Of a DNA stretch of 64,000 bases, positions 9,367-19,378 are shown in pieces. Within the stretch, counting starts at the first letter, position 1; every line of letters starts with the position of its first letter. A model generated the notes under the pieces. The model made no database searches. It was not told the DNA's origin and saw only the letters and a list, made by a program, of their open reading frames with translations. Location: positions 13,993-77,992 of the forward strand of contig JAFLBE010000009.1 in the NCBI GenBank assembly GCA_017303995.1, in the 5' to 3' direction. A program made the translations under genes and the position numbers. Origin of the DNA: Bacteroidota bacterium (GTDB taxonomy: Bacteria > Bacteroidota > JABWAT01).

Positions 9367-10800
9367 TCAACCCCGTCTGGGTTCTGCTATTTTTTTTATC
9401 ATTCCGTTGAAAATGTACCCATGAAAGGGAAGAACTGAATACCAGTACAATAAACCCAAAACGCCCAATGGTCTGAAGGTTGCCGTTTGAGTCAGAAAAT
9501 TGTTGTCATCAATTTTAAATTCAAGCCAGGCTTCACCGGGTAATTTCATTTCGGCAAACAACAGCAATCGCTTTTCACTTTTATCAGCAAGTAAAACCCG
9601 CCAGAAATCAAGAGCATCACCGGGAGCAATTTCAGTATCGCTTTTCCGTCCTCTCCGCATGCCAACACCGCCAATCACCTGATCCAAAAATCCTCTGATT
9701 TTCCATAGCCAATTGGCGTAGTACCAACCGGTTTTTCCACCGATTGACCAGATTTTATCCAGAGAAAACTGTGCATTTTCAATTTTTAAACGGCGGATAT
9801 CTTTAAAACATCCGTTGACAGGGACTTCAATAAATTTTGATAATCCTTTTCTGAACAAATCGCTGGTTTGCGCATCCTTCCAGCTGGATAAAACCTGATT
9901 TTGTTCGATTTTATCAAAGGCAAACCGAATGGATGTATCGTAATCAATCAGCTGGATACCCAGGTTTACAGCAAGATCGTTGGGTTCACAGGTGACCTCC
10001 GTTTTCATGCTGTTCACCAAATTCTTGGCGAGGGGAAAAGAAGTTGCAGTTAAAAAATACAACCAGTAGGAGGATATTTTTGGCGTCATGATCGGAACGA
10101 TGAAAATACGGCGTTTAAGTCCGCGTATGGAAGCAAACCTGAGAAGCATCTCTTTGTAGGATAAGAGATCAGGACCACCAATGTCATAGCTTTTGTTGTA
10201 AGTGAACTCTTTGCCAATAACACCGGTTAAAAATTCAACCACATTTCTGATTGCGATAGGCTGGCATTGTGTATTGAGCCATTTGGGGGTAATCATAAAG
10301 GGAAGTTTTTCAACCAGATCCCTGATGATTTCAAAGGAAGCACTTCCCGATCCCATGATAATACCAGCTCTTAACGTCGTTAAAGCAAATTTGCCACCAG
10401 ATAAAATGGCTTCAACATTTTTACGGGATGATAAATGTTTAGATAATTCTGATGAATTTACAATTCCGCTCAGATAAATAACTTGTTTGGCCGTTGTTTG
10501 ATTGATCCGGTCTTTAAAGTTTTGTGCGCAAATCTGCTCCATCGATTCAAAATCACCAATTTCAGTCGACATGGAATGGATCAGATAATAGGCAATATCA
10601 ATATCATCAGGAATCGTTGCGAGACTCGAAGAATCCAGAAAATCAGCTTCAATGACAGTCAAAGCCTCTGAACTGTAATTTTTCCGGTTGAACCGGTTTT
10701 TGTCCCTCACGCAGCAAACGACTTCATGTCCGTTTTCAATTAGTACGGGTAAAAGTCGTTGGGCAATATAGCCGGTAACACCGGTGAGCAGAATTTTCAT
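9367..10800 (-). CDS. NAD-dependent epimerase/dehydratase (SDR) fused to a DUF2867 domain
   Basis: The Rossmann motif is MKILLTGVTGYIAQRL. A long C-terminal extension matches the common SDR-DUF2867 fusion architecture. Confidence 0.65.
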   Translation of the reverse strand: MKILLTGVTGYIAQRLLPVLIENGHEVVCCVRDKNRFNRKNYSSEALTVIEADFLDSSSLATIPDDIDIAYYLIHSMSTEIGDFESMEQICAQNFKDRINQTTAKQVIYLSGIVNSSELSKHLSSRKNVEAILSGGKFALTTLRAGIIMGSGSASFEIIRDLVEKLPFMITPKWLNTQCQPIAIRNVVEFLTGVIGKEFTYNKSYDIGGPDLLSYKEMLLRFASIRGLKRRIFIVPIMTPKISSYWLYFLTATSFPLAKNLVNSMKTEVTCEPNDLAVNLGIQLIDYDTSIRFAFDKIEQNQVLSSWKDAQTSDLFRKGLSKFIEVPVNGCFKDIRRLKIENAQFSLDKIWSIGGKTGWYYANWLWKIRGFLDQVIGGVGMRRGRKSDTEIAPGDALDFWRVLLADKSEKRLLLFAEMKLPGEAWLEFKIDDNNFLTQTATFRPLGVLGLLYWYSVLPFHGYIFNGMIKKIAEPRRG

Positions 10801-10856
10801 GGAAATATTGAGAGTATGAAGGTGGATTGAGAATGTGCCTGAAGAAAAGAAAACAT

Positions 10857-11126
10857 TCAGCGTTTGCTTATTTTATTTAAGGTAATGGTTCGTTGCATGG
10901 TACTTTTAAACCGGTTGATTTCCGGATTTCGTTTCATTGCATGTTTTTGACTGACTCCGCTGTTTACTCTTTTCCGCCATAAGTTAAAACTGCTTCGTTT
11001 TAATTCTCTTCGCATCAGTGCAATGACATCGGCCTCAGAAAAGCCAAACTGAAGTTTAATGGCTTCAAACGGGGTTCGGTCTTCCCATGCCATTTCAATA
11101 ATTCGGTCAATGTCCCGTGGTTCCAT
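10857..11126 (-). CDS. DUF2805/TIGR03643-family small protein
   Basis: The segment DRIIEMAWEDRTPFEAIKLQFGFSEADVIALMRRELK is highly characteristic of this family. Confidence 0.65.
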   Translation of the reverse strand: MEPRDIDRIIEMAWEDRTPFEAIKLQFGFSEADVIALMRRELKRSSFNLWRKRVNSGVSQKHAMKRNPEINRFKSTMQRTITLNKISKR

Positions 11127-11185
11127 TTTATCTGATAGGTTAAGTTATATTTTTTTGGTTAAAAATTTCAGTCAGCAAGTTAAGT

Positions 11186-11536
11186 TCAATCTAAATAAGG
11201 TTGCAGAGATTCAATGAACAGATAGGAGTTAAGAATCAAATAAAAAACAGCCGGCAGGGAAACCCAAAGGCTGTCTTTAATTTTGATACGGACCCCAACC
11301 CCAAAAAACATGAGCAAAGCAAGTCCACCCGACGAAATCACGAGGATTGGGTTAAACAATAAACCAAAAAGAAGGCCGGTTGCACCCAGTAATTCAAGCA
11401 TAACCGTTAGTAACCCGAATTTTTCAAGATTAAATCGTTTGAATTCATTTTTCATGTGAGAAGACGAAAACCAGGAGGCACCATAAACGAAAAACGAAAT
11501 GCTCGAAATAAGAAGGCAAAGGGTAAAAAAACTCAT
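11186..11536 (-). CDS. DoxX-family membrane protein
   Basis: It is a 4-TM small protein with a DoxX-like layout. It overlaps the upstream paralog start by ATGA. Confidence 0.55.
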   Translation of the reverse strand: MSFFTLCLLISSISFFVYGASWFSSSHMKNEFKRFNLEKFGLLTVMLELLGATGLLFGLLFNPILVISSGGLALLMFFGVGVRIKIKDSLWVSLPAVFYLILNSYLFIESLQPYLD

Positions 11537-11883
11537 ATTGAAATGTAATTCAACGAAACCAGAACTATGAAAAGACTTAACAGAAATAAAACCAGAGAGG
11601 GTAGGCGTTTGATCATCGGATTGTTGATTTTATTATGAAAATATTGAGCCACCAACATAAACAAGCCCATCAGAACTGCAGGAATCAGAATCAGCGAGGG
11701 AAACCAGATACCAGCAACCAATAAAGTTGCAATCGCAATTTTGCTTGCACCCACTGCACTTCGGGTCAAATCAGACAAACCGAATTGTTTGAAATCTCTG
11801 ATGATGTTGTCAAATCTAAAAATCCAGACAAAGGCAACTGAGAGGCCAACGAGTAGTTGGGCAGCTGACAGAAATGTTAACAC
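11533..11883 (-). CDS. DoxX-family membrane protein (paralog)
   Basis: It is a 4-TM small protein in tandem with the previous DoxX-like gene. Confidence 0.55.
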   Translation of the reverse strand: MLTFLSAAQLLVGLSVAFVWIFRFDNIIRDFKQFGLSDLTRSAVGASKIAIATLLVAGIWFPSLILIPAVLMGLFMLVAQYFHNKINNPMIKRLPSLVLFLLSLFIVLVSLNYISI

Positions 11884-12149
11884 AATAGGTTCCTATTCTT
11901 CTTACTCGTATGGCTTTTCAGAATTCGCCCCGTTTTTTGTGGTTTCTGGACTCCACGACAAAATCATTTAAAAGGCAAATTCTTTGATAGGAATGCTCCG
12001 GCGGATAAATAGATATCCTGGAAACCAAAAATTGTCAGTCTGAGTGATCCTGCTTGCAGGATTGTATCGAAGACTTTCATCTCTATTTAACTGCTGGAAT
12101 AATAGTAAATTTTTCGGATTACCTGACTTTGGATTTATAAAAGGTTTTT

Positions 12150-12848
12150 TCAGATTTTTAAAGTGGAGATTCCACCATCCACGTGCAGAATCTGACCGGT
12201 CATCCATCCCGATTTTTCTGAAAGCAGAAACTCAGCCATATTGGCAATATCTTCGGTCGTGCCGATTCTTTTGAGTGGATGTCTTTGGGCGTTTGTTTCC
12301 ATTTTTTGTGCTGTGTTGATGAAGTTGGTTGCAAGAGGAGTGTCAGTTAGGGAAGGTGCAATACAGTTCACTCTGATGGTGGGCGCAAATTCTGCAGCCA
12401 AAGCTTTGGTAAGTCCTTCAATTGCACCTTTGGAAGTGGAAACCTGAGAGTGGAAATTAAATCCGGATTGAACGGCTACTGTTGAAAAAAGGACGATGGA
12501 TGGGTTGTCTGAAACTTTCAGTTTGGGTAAGGCAGCCTGAATTACTTTTACAGCACCCACAACCTGCAAATTAAAATCGGCGGTAAAGTCAGCGGGATTT
12601 ATTCTTGCAAACGGTCTGAGGTTAATACTGCCGGGACAATAAATCAATCCGTTTAAAGTTTCCGGAAGAAAACTTATGTCAACCGTTTCATCCAGGACAT
12701 TCAAATAGTGGGTGGAGATGGACGGCTGCTTGGGTTCGGTTTTATTCTTAAAATAAGTACTTATAACCTGATGCCCGGCTTCTGCCAATTGACTTGCAAG
12801 TTTTTGACCGATTCCCGATGAACCACCAATAATGAAATAATTTGCCAT
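12150..12848 (-). CDS. short-chain dehydrogenase/reductase (SDR) family oxidoreductase
   Basis: It has the TGxxxGIG cofactor motif (IIGGSSGIGQKLA) and spacing consistent with an SDR catalytic triad. Confidence 0.75.
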   Translation of the reverse strand: MANYFIIGGSSGIGQKLASQLAEAGHQVISTYFKNKTEPKQPSISTHYLNVLDETVDISFLPETLNGLIYCPGSINLRPFARINPADFTADFNLQVVGAVKVIQAALPKLKVSDNPSIVLFSTVAVQSGFNFHSQVSTSKGAIEGLTKALAAEFAPTIRVNCIAPSLTDTPLATNFINTAQKMETNAQRHPLKRIGTTEDIANMAEFLLSEKSGWMTGQILHVDGGISTLKI

Positions 12849-13352
12849 GAATAAACGCCAGTCGTTGATTTAAATTTTGATTCAGAACATAGATTTCCGG
12901 GGTTTGGTTCGTTAAAGTCAATCTTTGGGGTTTAGTTGAACTGGAACACCGAATTGTAACACCGACCTCCCGGTCGGTATCCCTGTTTTTACCCAAGCAA
13001 AAGCACGGGTTCTTTGAACAGGGATGATCAGGATGGACAGGATAAAAGTCAAATGGTTAATGGTGAATGGTTAATTGAACTTGAATTGGTTTTTGTCACC
13101 CCAGCGGGGTGATATGTTTATAGAAAAATTGTCTACACCGTTTCAAAACTGCCCGGCCACTAATTTTATTGAAACTTGAAATATCGTTCCGGGCAAACGG
13201 AAAAATCCCCTGAAATAAAAAGTTTGCTGATCTAACCAAATACAAATTGTATTAGAAACAGATTATAACCGGGTGCAAATTTTACTATTCCACCTCTTGA
13301 TGACTATTATTTTGTACATTTAGATGGGCAATTATTTTTATAAAGGAATTAA

Positions 13353-14408
13353 ATGATGAATAAGAACTTTTCCAAACCTCAACTCCTTCAAATTAAAGTG
13401 GGATCAATGAAGTCTTATTTATGGATTCTTGTTGTTTCAATGATTTTTGGTGTTTCTTGTGAAGAGTCTTCATCCAGTGAGAATTCTGATCTGCCAACCG
13501 TCACAACTACTTCGGTTTCAGAACTAACCTCAACCGGGGCTATTACCGGTGGAAATGTAACTGATGGCGGCACAAGTCCGGTTCTCAGCCGGGGTGTCTG
13601 TTTGGGAACAAAATCAAATCCTGTCATAGAGACTGACTTTAAAACCTCTGATGGAAAAGGGAACGGTTCTTTCACAAGTGCGCTAACCAATTTAACACCT
13701 TCCACAAAATATTATGTCAGAGCTTATGCAACCAATGATGCGGGTATTTCCTACGGAAAGGAAATCTCATTTAATACGCCTTCCGGTGAAATTACGCCGC
13801 CTGCAATTTTAGATGCAGATGGAAATTCTTATTCTGTTGTCCGGATCGGAACCCAGGATTGGACAGTTCAAAACTGGCGGTCAACCCGTTACAACGACGG
13901 TTCTGTGATTCAAAAAGTGACTGATAATGACACCTGGAGTAATCTGGAAACGGGTGCTTATTGCAGTTACGACAATACAGAAGCCAACTCTGCAGACTAT
14001 GGAAACCTATACAACTGGTACGCAGTAAATTCAGGAAAACTGGAGCCAGCTAACGGTGGTTGGAGAGTTCCCTCAGCCAACGACTGGAAAAAACTTGCTG
14101 CCTACCTGGGCGGATTTGATGAAGCCGGTAAAAAAATGATGGAAACCGGAATTTCATATTGGGTAAGTCCGAATAGTGAGGCAACCAATACCAGTGGTTT
14201 TTCGGCCAGGCCAAACGGAGTGAGGAATTACTTTTCAGGAAATTTTGATTATCTGACCTACCGTGCTTATTGGTGGAGTTCAACAAATACCTCCACAGCT
14301 TATGCACCATATTATTCAATCCGTGCAAACGAAATCCAACTTCGTGAAGTGACCGAATCAGACAAGACAAACGGCTATGGCGTCCGGCTGGTTCGTGACG
14401 TTCCTTAA
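13353..14408 (+). CDS. FISUMP-domain (Fibrobacter succinogenes major paralogous domain, TIGR02145) lipoprotein
   Basis: The C-terminal segment DGNSYSVVRIGTQDWTVQNW...YGNLYNWYAV...YWWSST...GYGVRLVRD is the FISUMP signature. A lipoprotein-like signal is present (MKSYLWILVVSMIFGVSC), so the alternative start at 13410 is plausible. Confidence 0.7.
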   Translation: MMNKNFSKPQLLQIKVGSMKSYLWILVVSMIFGVSCEESSSSENSDLPTVTTTSVSELTSTGAITGGNVTDGGTSPVLSRGVCLGTKSNPVIETDFKTSDGKGNGSFTSALTNLTPSTKYYVRAYATNDAGISYGKEISFNTPSGEITPPAILDADGNSYSVVRIGTQDWTVQNWRSTRYNDGSVIQKVTDNDTWSNLETGAYCSYDNTEANSADYGNLYNWYAVNSGKLEPANGGWRVPSANDWKKLAAYLGGFDEAGKKMMETGISYWVSPNSEATNTSGFSARPNGVRNYFSGNFDYLTYRAYWWSSTNTSTAYAPYYSIRANEIQLREVTESDKTNGYGVRLVRDVP

Positions 14409-14550
14409 CTAGTTGGTTCAGGCTTGTCGTGTGTTTTAATTCTTTAATTTTGTCCTTGAATAGGTAAACTGCATTTCCATTTTATATCCTGCCGGAATTC
14501 TTTTATTTTTGCAGATGTTGAAGATTGTGCAGAAGAAATAAAAGCGGACT

Positions 14551-15090
14551 ATGATTTTACCTATTTATACACTCGGTGATGCCGTACTCAGGCAAAAGGC
14601 CGAAACCCTTACCGGCGTCGATAAAAACCTGGATAAGCTTATTAAAGACATGTTCGAAACCATGTATCAGGCTGATGGGATCGGACTTGCAGCCCCTCAG
14701 GTTGGCAAATCTTATGATTTACTTGTTATAGATATTTCTGTTATGAAAGAAGGCAGAGATACACTCCCAATGGTTTTTATAAACCCTGAGTTTATCGACA
14801 AACAAGGTTCCTGTTCAATGGAAGAGGGTTGCCTTTCGGTTCCCGGAATTAACGACTTTGTTGACCGTCCTGAAATAATTACTGTAAAATTCAGGGATGA
14901 AAAGTTCAACGAACGAATCGAAACATTTGACGGAATGCTTGCCAGAGTTCTGCAACACGAATATGATCACTTACAGGGAACCCTTTTTGTCGATTATTTA
15001 TCTGCTTTCAGAAAAACACTGCTAAAAAACCGGATGCGTGATATCCAGAAAGGAACCGTTGAGGTAGATTATCTGCTTGCCGAAAAATAA
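14551..15090 (+). CDS. def: peptide deformylase
   Basis: The motifs GIGLAAPQVG, EGCLSVPG and QHEYDHLQG are present. Confidence 0.9.
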   Translation: MILPIYTLGDAVLRQKAETLTGVDKNLDKLIKDMFETMYQADGIGLAAPQVGKSYDLLVIDISVMKEGRDTLPMVFINPEFIDKQGSCSMEEGCLSVPGINDFVDRPEIITVKFRDEKFNERIETFDGMLARVLQHEYDHLQGTLFVDYLSAFRKTLLKNRMRDIQKGTVEVDYLLAEK

Positions 15091-15120
15091 TCGGCAGTCT
15101 TCCATTTTCATCCCTTTCTC

Positions 15121-16062
15121 ATGTCACTGAAACTCGTCTTTATGGGAACACCGGATTTCGCTGTTCCCATCCTCGAAAAACTCATCCTGAACGGATATAA
15201 ACCAGTTGCAATTGTAACCGGAAAAGATAAACCACAGGGTCGTGGTCTGCAGATGCAGGAAACACCGGTTAAACAATGTGCGAAAAAACATGGCATTGAA
15301 ACCATTCTCGAACCCGAAGATTTAAAAAGTGATGACTTTTATTACCAGATGAAGGCAATCGAGGCCGATTGTTATGTTGTCGTGGCCTTCAGGATATTGC
15401 CTGAACGGATTTTTTCACTTCCCTCAAAAGGCACTTTTAATCTTCACGGCAGTTTGCTTCCGAAATACCGGGGTGCTGCACCCATGCAATGGGCTTTGCT
15501 CAACGGTGACAAAGAAACCGGGGTAACAACGTTTTTTCTTAGACAGGCAGTTGATACAGGAACCATCATCGGCAGGAAAAAATTGCCGGTTCCTGAAACC
15601 ATGACCGGCAGCCAACTTCACGATGAACTCAGTCATCTGGGTGCCGATCTGGTTCTTGAAACGGTTATCAAAATTGATAACGGAACGGTTACAACAGAAA
15701 CTCAGGATGATGCACTGGCAACACGGGCGCCAAAATTAACAAAAGAAGATTTTAGAATTGACTGGAACCAGCCAGGCGTCGTAATTCGTAATAAAATAAG
15801 GGCTTTTGATGACTATCCGGGTGCTTTTTGTTATCTGGATGGCAAAGTGCTGAAGTTATTTAAGGTTGACTTTTTTCCAGAAACTCAGTATTCTTACACC
15901 AGCAATGGTTTGATCACCGGGTTATCAAAAGCGAACATCTCAATAAAAGTCTCCGATGGCACGATCCAGATTGGTGAAGTGCAGCTCGAAGGTAAACGGC
16001 GTCTTTCCGTTCGTGAGTTCCTCAACGGTTATAATTTACAAACAGGTATTACATTAAATTGA
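15121..16062 (+). CDS. fmt: methionyl-tRNA formyltransferase
   Basis: It has the formyltransferase N-domain (FMGTPDFAVP, HGSLLPKYRGAAP) and a C-terminal domain. It follows def in the conserved def-fmt order. Confidence 0.9.
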   Translation: MSLKLVFMGTPDFAVPILEKLILNGYKPVAIVTGKDKPQGRGLQMQETPVKQCAKKHGIETILEPEDLKSDDFYYQMKAIEADCYVVVAFRILPERIFSLPSKGTFNLHGSLLPKYRGAAPMQWALLNGDKETGVTTFFLRQAVDTGTIIGRKKLPVPETMTGSQLHDELSHLGADLVLETVIKIDNGTVTTETQDDALATRAPKLTKEDFRIDWNQPGVVIRNKIRAFDDYPGAFCYLDGKVLKLFKVDFFPETQYSYTSNGLITGLSKANISIKVSDGTIQIGEVQLEGKRRLSVREFLNGYNLQTGITLN

Positions 16063-16080
16063 TTACAGGAGTTATTCAAA

Positions 16081-16530
16081 ATGGCTAGAAGCGTAAACAA
16101 AGTCATTCTTGTTGGCAATGTCGGAAAAGATCCGGAAGTACGTTACACCCCAAGTAACCAGGCTGTTGCCCAATTCTCTCTTGCAACGTCAGAAAGCTGG
16201 AAAGATCAGTCTGGCAAGCAAGTTGAAAAAACAGAATGGCACAATCTTGTCGTCTGGGGTAAGTTGGCAGAAATTTGCCAGGAATATGTAAAAAAAGGCC
16301 ACAAAATCTATATTGAAGGCCGTCTTCAAACCAGAAGCTGGGATGATAAAGAAACCGGTGCAAAACGGTATTCAACTGAAATCGTTGTCGGTGACCTTCT
16401 GATGCTGGGCTCCAAAGGTTCAGGTAGTGGTGAATATGAAGGTGTTTCTCATTCGTCATCAGGTGCATCAAAATCGGATGTCATGCCTTCTGCTCCTGAT
16501 CCGATGAGTGATGACGATTTGCCATTCTGA
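16081..16530 (+). CDS. ssb: single-stranded DNA-binding protein
   Basis: It has an OB-fold and a Gly-rich linker, and an acidic C-terminal tail ending DDDLPF. Confidence 0.9.
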   Translation: MARSVNKVILVGNVGKDPEVRYTPSNQAVAQFSLATSESWKDQSGKQVEKTEWHNLVVWGKLAEICQEYVKKGHKIYIEGRLQTRSWDDKETGAKRYSTEIVVGDLLMLGSKGSGSGEYEGVSHSSSGASKSDVMPSAPDPMSDDDLPF

Positions 16531-16581
16531 TCAAAAAAGATACTTTTTTAAAGCCGTAACACCATTCTGGGTCATCTGACT

Positions 16582-17913
16582 TTGGTGATTGCGGCTTTTT
16601 TCTTATTATTGAATGTTGTTTCACTAGTTCGGGAATTTTCCCTTTTGGACAGTTATCAGTTAGGCCTGCTGGCAGTTTTCATCCTCTGTATTGCCCTTTC
16701 CTTTTTTTTAAGCGGATCAGAAGTCGCTTTTTTCTCTTTGAAAGAAGACCAGATCAATCGTTTGGCCAAAAGTAAAAAGAAAAATGAAAGTTCTATCCCT
16801 TTAATTCTTGCAGATTCCCAAAAACTTCTCGTTACGATTCTGCTTTCGAATAATATAGTAAACGTGCTGGCCTCAATTATTGCCGTCACTTTGACCTATG
16901 ATTATTTGCATCACATACCCATTGACCCTGTTTTGGTGATTTTAATTGAAGTTGTGGTCATGACTTTTATCCTTCTGATTCTATCAGAAATAACTCCGAA
17001 AATTATTGGAGCCCAGCTTTCGGTCAGGTATGCCGTTTTTGCTGCGCCTTTGATGACGGTGATTTTATTTTTTTCAACCCCCTTTGTCTGGTTGATTATG
17101 CGGCTGACACGGTGGGTTCACCTGCCATTCCAGTCCGCTGATAAAATTTCAAATGATGACCTGAAAACCATTGCCGACGTGGTTCACGAACATGGCAGTC
17201 TTGAAGAAAATGAAAAGAACATGATTTCTTCCCTTGCCGGGTTTTCCGAACGAACGGTAAATGAAATCATGATTTCACGGGTGGATATGGTTGCTGTTGA
17301 GTCGGATTCTGATTACCAGACTGTTATGGAAACTGTCAGGCAAAGCGGACATTCCCGCATTCCTGTTTTTACCGAATCGTTGGATAATATCAATGGAATT
17401 TTGTACGCAAAGGATTTGATCACGTTTCTGGCTGCAGATCAGGGAACGAAATCTTTTCAGATTGATAAATTGATCCGCCAGCCGCTTTTCATACCGGAAG
17501 GTAAAAAAGTAAGCGACCTGCTTAAAGAATTCCAGTTGAAAAAAATGCACATCGCCATTGTTGTTGATGAATATGGCGGCACAGCGGGCATCGTAACTCT
17601 TGATGATGTTATCGCCGAAATCATTGGTGAAATCCACGACGAGCACGATATTGAAGAGCCATTGTACAAACAATTGGCACCGAATGTCTGGCTGTTTGAC
17701 GGAAAAACACCAGTCGATGTCGCAGAGGAGGTGCTCGAAACCAGTCTTCAGACCAACGATGACGGATTTGAAACTCTGGCTGGTTTTCTTTTATCACTTT
17801 CAGGAACAATTCCCAAGGAAAAAGCTATTTTCAGAAATGGGAATATGGAGTTTATTGTTGACCAGATGGAAGGCCGCCGGATTGCCAAAATTAAAGTGAT
17901 CATCCGTGATTAA
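16582..17913 (+). CDS. CNNM/CorC-HlyC family transporter-associated protein (DUF21 TM domain + CBS pair + CorC_HlyC)
   Basis: The N-terminal TM domain is followed by tandem CBS domains and a C-terminal CorC/HlyC transporter-associated domain. Confidence 0.8.
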   Translation: MVIAAFFLLLNVVSLVREFSLLDSYQLGLLAVFILCIALSFFLSGSEVAFFSLKEDQINRLAKSKKKNESSIPLILADSQKLLVTILLSNNIVNVLASIIAVTLTYDYLHHIPIDPVLVILIEVVVMTFILLILSEITPKIIGAQLSVRYAVFAAPLMTVILFFSTPFVWLIMRLTRWVHLPFQSADKISNDDLKTIADVVHEHGSLEENEKNMISSLAGFSERTVNEIMISRVDMVAVESDSDYQTVMETVRQSGHSRIPVFTESLDNINGILYAKDLITFLAADQGTKSFQIDKLIRQPLFIPEGKKVSDLLKEFQLKKMHIAIVVDEYGGTAGIVTLDDVIAEIIGEIHDEHDIEEPLYKQLAPNVWLFDGKTPVDVAEEVLETSLQTNDDGFETLAGFLLSLSGTIPKEKAIFRNGNMEFIVDQMEGRRIAKIKVIIRD

Positions 17914-18247
17914 ACTGTTTGGTTTGTTTCTGTTTTTATTCGCTTTCCCCTTCTGCGCATCTGCTCAAAATGGTCAGGAACTGGCAAATACAACTTCAGA
18001 TTCCTGGTTAGGCGACGACAAAATAAAACATGTTACTTTGAGTTACGTGCTTACGGTTGCCGGAACGGTGGTTATTAAAAAGGAAACGCAATCCCCAAAT
18101 CCTGAAATACCCGCCGCCGCAGGCGTTTTACTTCTTGGTATTGGAAAAGAAATCAGGGATAGTTTTCAGCCCGGGAACCATTTTTGTTTTAAAGATCTTG
18201 TTTGGGATGCAGCCGGTTTGTTGCTTGCAGTAGGATTATTAAGATGA
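17906..18247 (+). CDS. small hypothetical lipoprotein/membrane protein
   Basis: There is a signal peptide (MIKLFGLFLFLFAFPFCASAQ) and a C-terminal hydrophobic segment. I recognised no catalytic motif. Confidence 0.35.
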   Translation: MIKLFGLFLFLFAFPFCASAQNGQELANTTSDSWLGDDKIKHVTLSYVLTVAGTVVIKKETQSPNPEIPAAAGVLLLGIGKEIRDSFQPGNHFCFKDLVWDAAGLLLAVGLLR

Positions 18248-19287
18248 AGCATCCATTTTTTGAGGTTGAAGGAATCATTCACCTTCATTCACGCTACAGT
18301 GATGGATCAGGTGAAGTTCCTGATATCATGAAGGATGCGCAGGAAAGTCTTCTAGATTTCGTCATTTTCACCGATCATAACACCCTTCGTCCCAAAAAAG
18401 ATGGCTGGGAAGGCTGGTATGGAAATTCACTTGCGGTTTTTGGATGTGAACTGAATGATAAAAACGACCAGAATCACCTGCTTGTCGTTGGTGTTGATGA
18501 TATCATCCATAAAAACAAAGCTGCCACAGAATATGTAACTGAAGTAGTTGATTCTGGTGGTGTCTGTTTCCTTGCTCATCCTCACGAAAAAAGATCTACC
18601 ATGCCTCAGTATCCGCCGTACCCCTGGACGGCCTGGGATTCCAAAGATTTTACAGGAATTGAAATCTGGAATCACATGTCAGACTGGATGGAAGGTCTGA
18701 CTGACGAAAATAAATATCAGCGGTTTATTCACCCACTTCGCTCCCTTCTGGTTCCGCCAAAAGAAACACTTGCAAAATGGGATGAACTAAACCGTGAACG
18801 CCTTGTTGTAGGTATTGGTGGTTCAGACTGCCATGCCATCGAACAGGAAGTAATGGGAGTAACCGTTCAGGTTTTTCCCTATAAAGTTGCCTTCAGAGCA
18901 GTAAGAACACACTTATTGCTTGAAAAACCGCTTTCCAAAGACAATTCAAACGAAGTAAATATTGCCTTGATTGTTGATGCCTTGAAAAAGGGTAGATGTT
19001 TCATTGTTAATCATTACCGCGGTGCAGGTAAAGGATTCCGGTTTTGGTTTGAAGGCTCAAAAACTTCTTTATTCCCGGGTGACCGGCATAAAGCCGGAAA
19101 ATTTACTGCAAAAATATTTTCACCTGAAAAACGGCAAATACGGCTATTAAAAGATGGTCAGATTATTTTTACTGCACAGGAAAGTGATCATCTTGTTTTC
19201 CCGGTTTCTGAGCCGGGTGTATACCGCACTGAACTTTTTTTCAATGAAACCGGCTGGATTTACAGTAATCCGATTACGTTGGTCTGA
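18244..19287 (+). CDS. PHP-domain (CehA/McbA-like) metal-dependent phosphoesterase
   Basis: An N-terminal His cluster (HLHSRYSDGSG) and conserved His/Asp residues downstream (DHN, AHPHE, GGSDCHA) are typical of the PHP superfamily. Confidence 0.55.
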   Translation: MKHPFFEVEGIIHLHSRYSDGSGEVPDIMKDAQESLLDFVIFTDHNTLRPKKDGWEGWYGNSLAVFGCELNDKNDQNHLLVVGVDDIIHKNKAATEYVTEVVDSGGVCFLAHPHEKRSTMPQYPPYPWTAWDSKDFTGIEIWNHMSDWMEGLTDENKYQRFIHPLRSLLVPPKETLAKWDELNRERLVVGIGGSDCHAIEQEVMGVTVQVFPYKVAFRAVRTHLLLEKPLSKDNSNEVNIALIVDALKKGRCFIVNHYRGAGKGFRFWFEGSKTSLFPGDRHKAGKFTAKIFSPEKRQIRLLKDGQIIFTAQESDHLVFPVSEPGVYRTELFFNETGWIYSNPITLV

Positions 19288-19378
19288 ACGCCATTTCCTT
19301 TTTCTTTCCACGGAAAAATTGTATTTTCGCACGATATTTCTTAACTGCGACCCTCAGTTCAATTTAATCCGGAAGATT

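Noticed and set aside
19154-19378. N-terminal extension of the purF ORF starting at 19154
   Set aside because: It overlaps the 3' end of the PHP-domain gene. PurF must begin shortly before its catalytic Cys (CGIFGIF), so I chose the Met at 19379.
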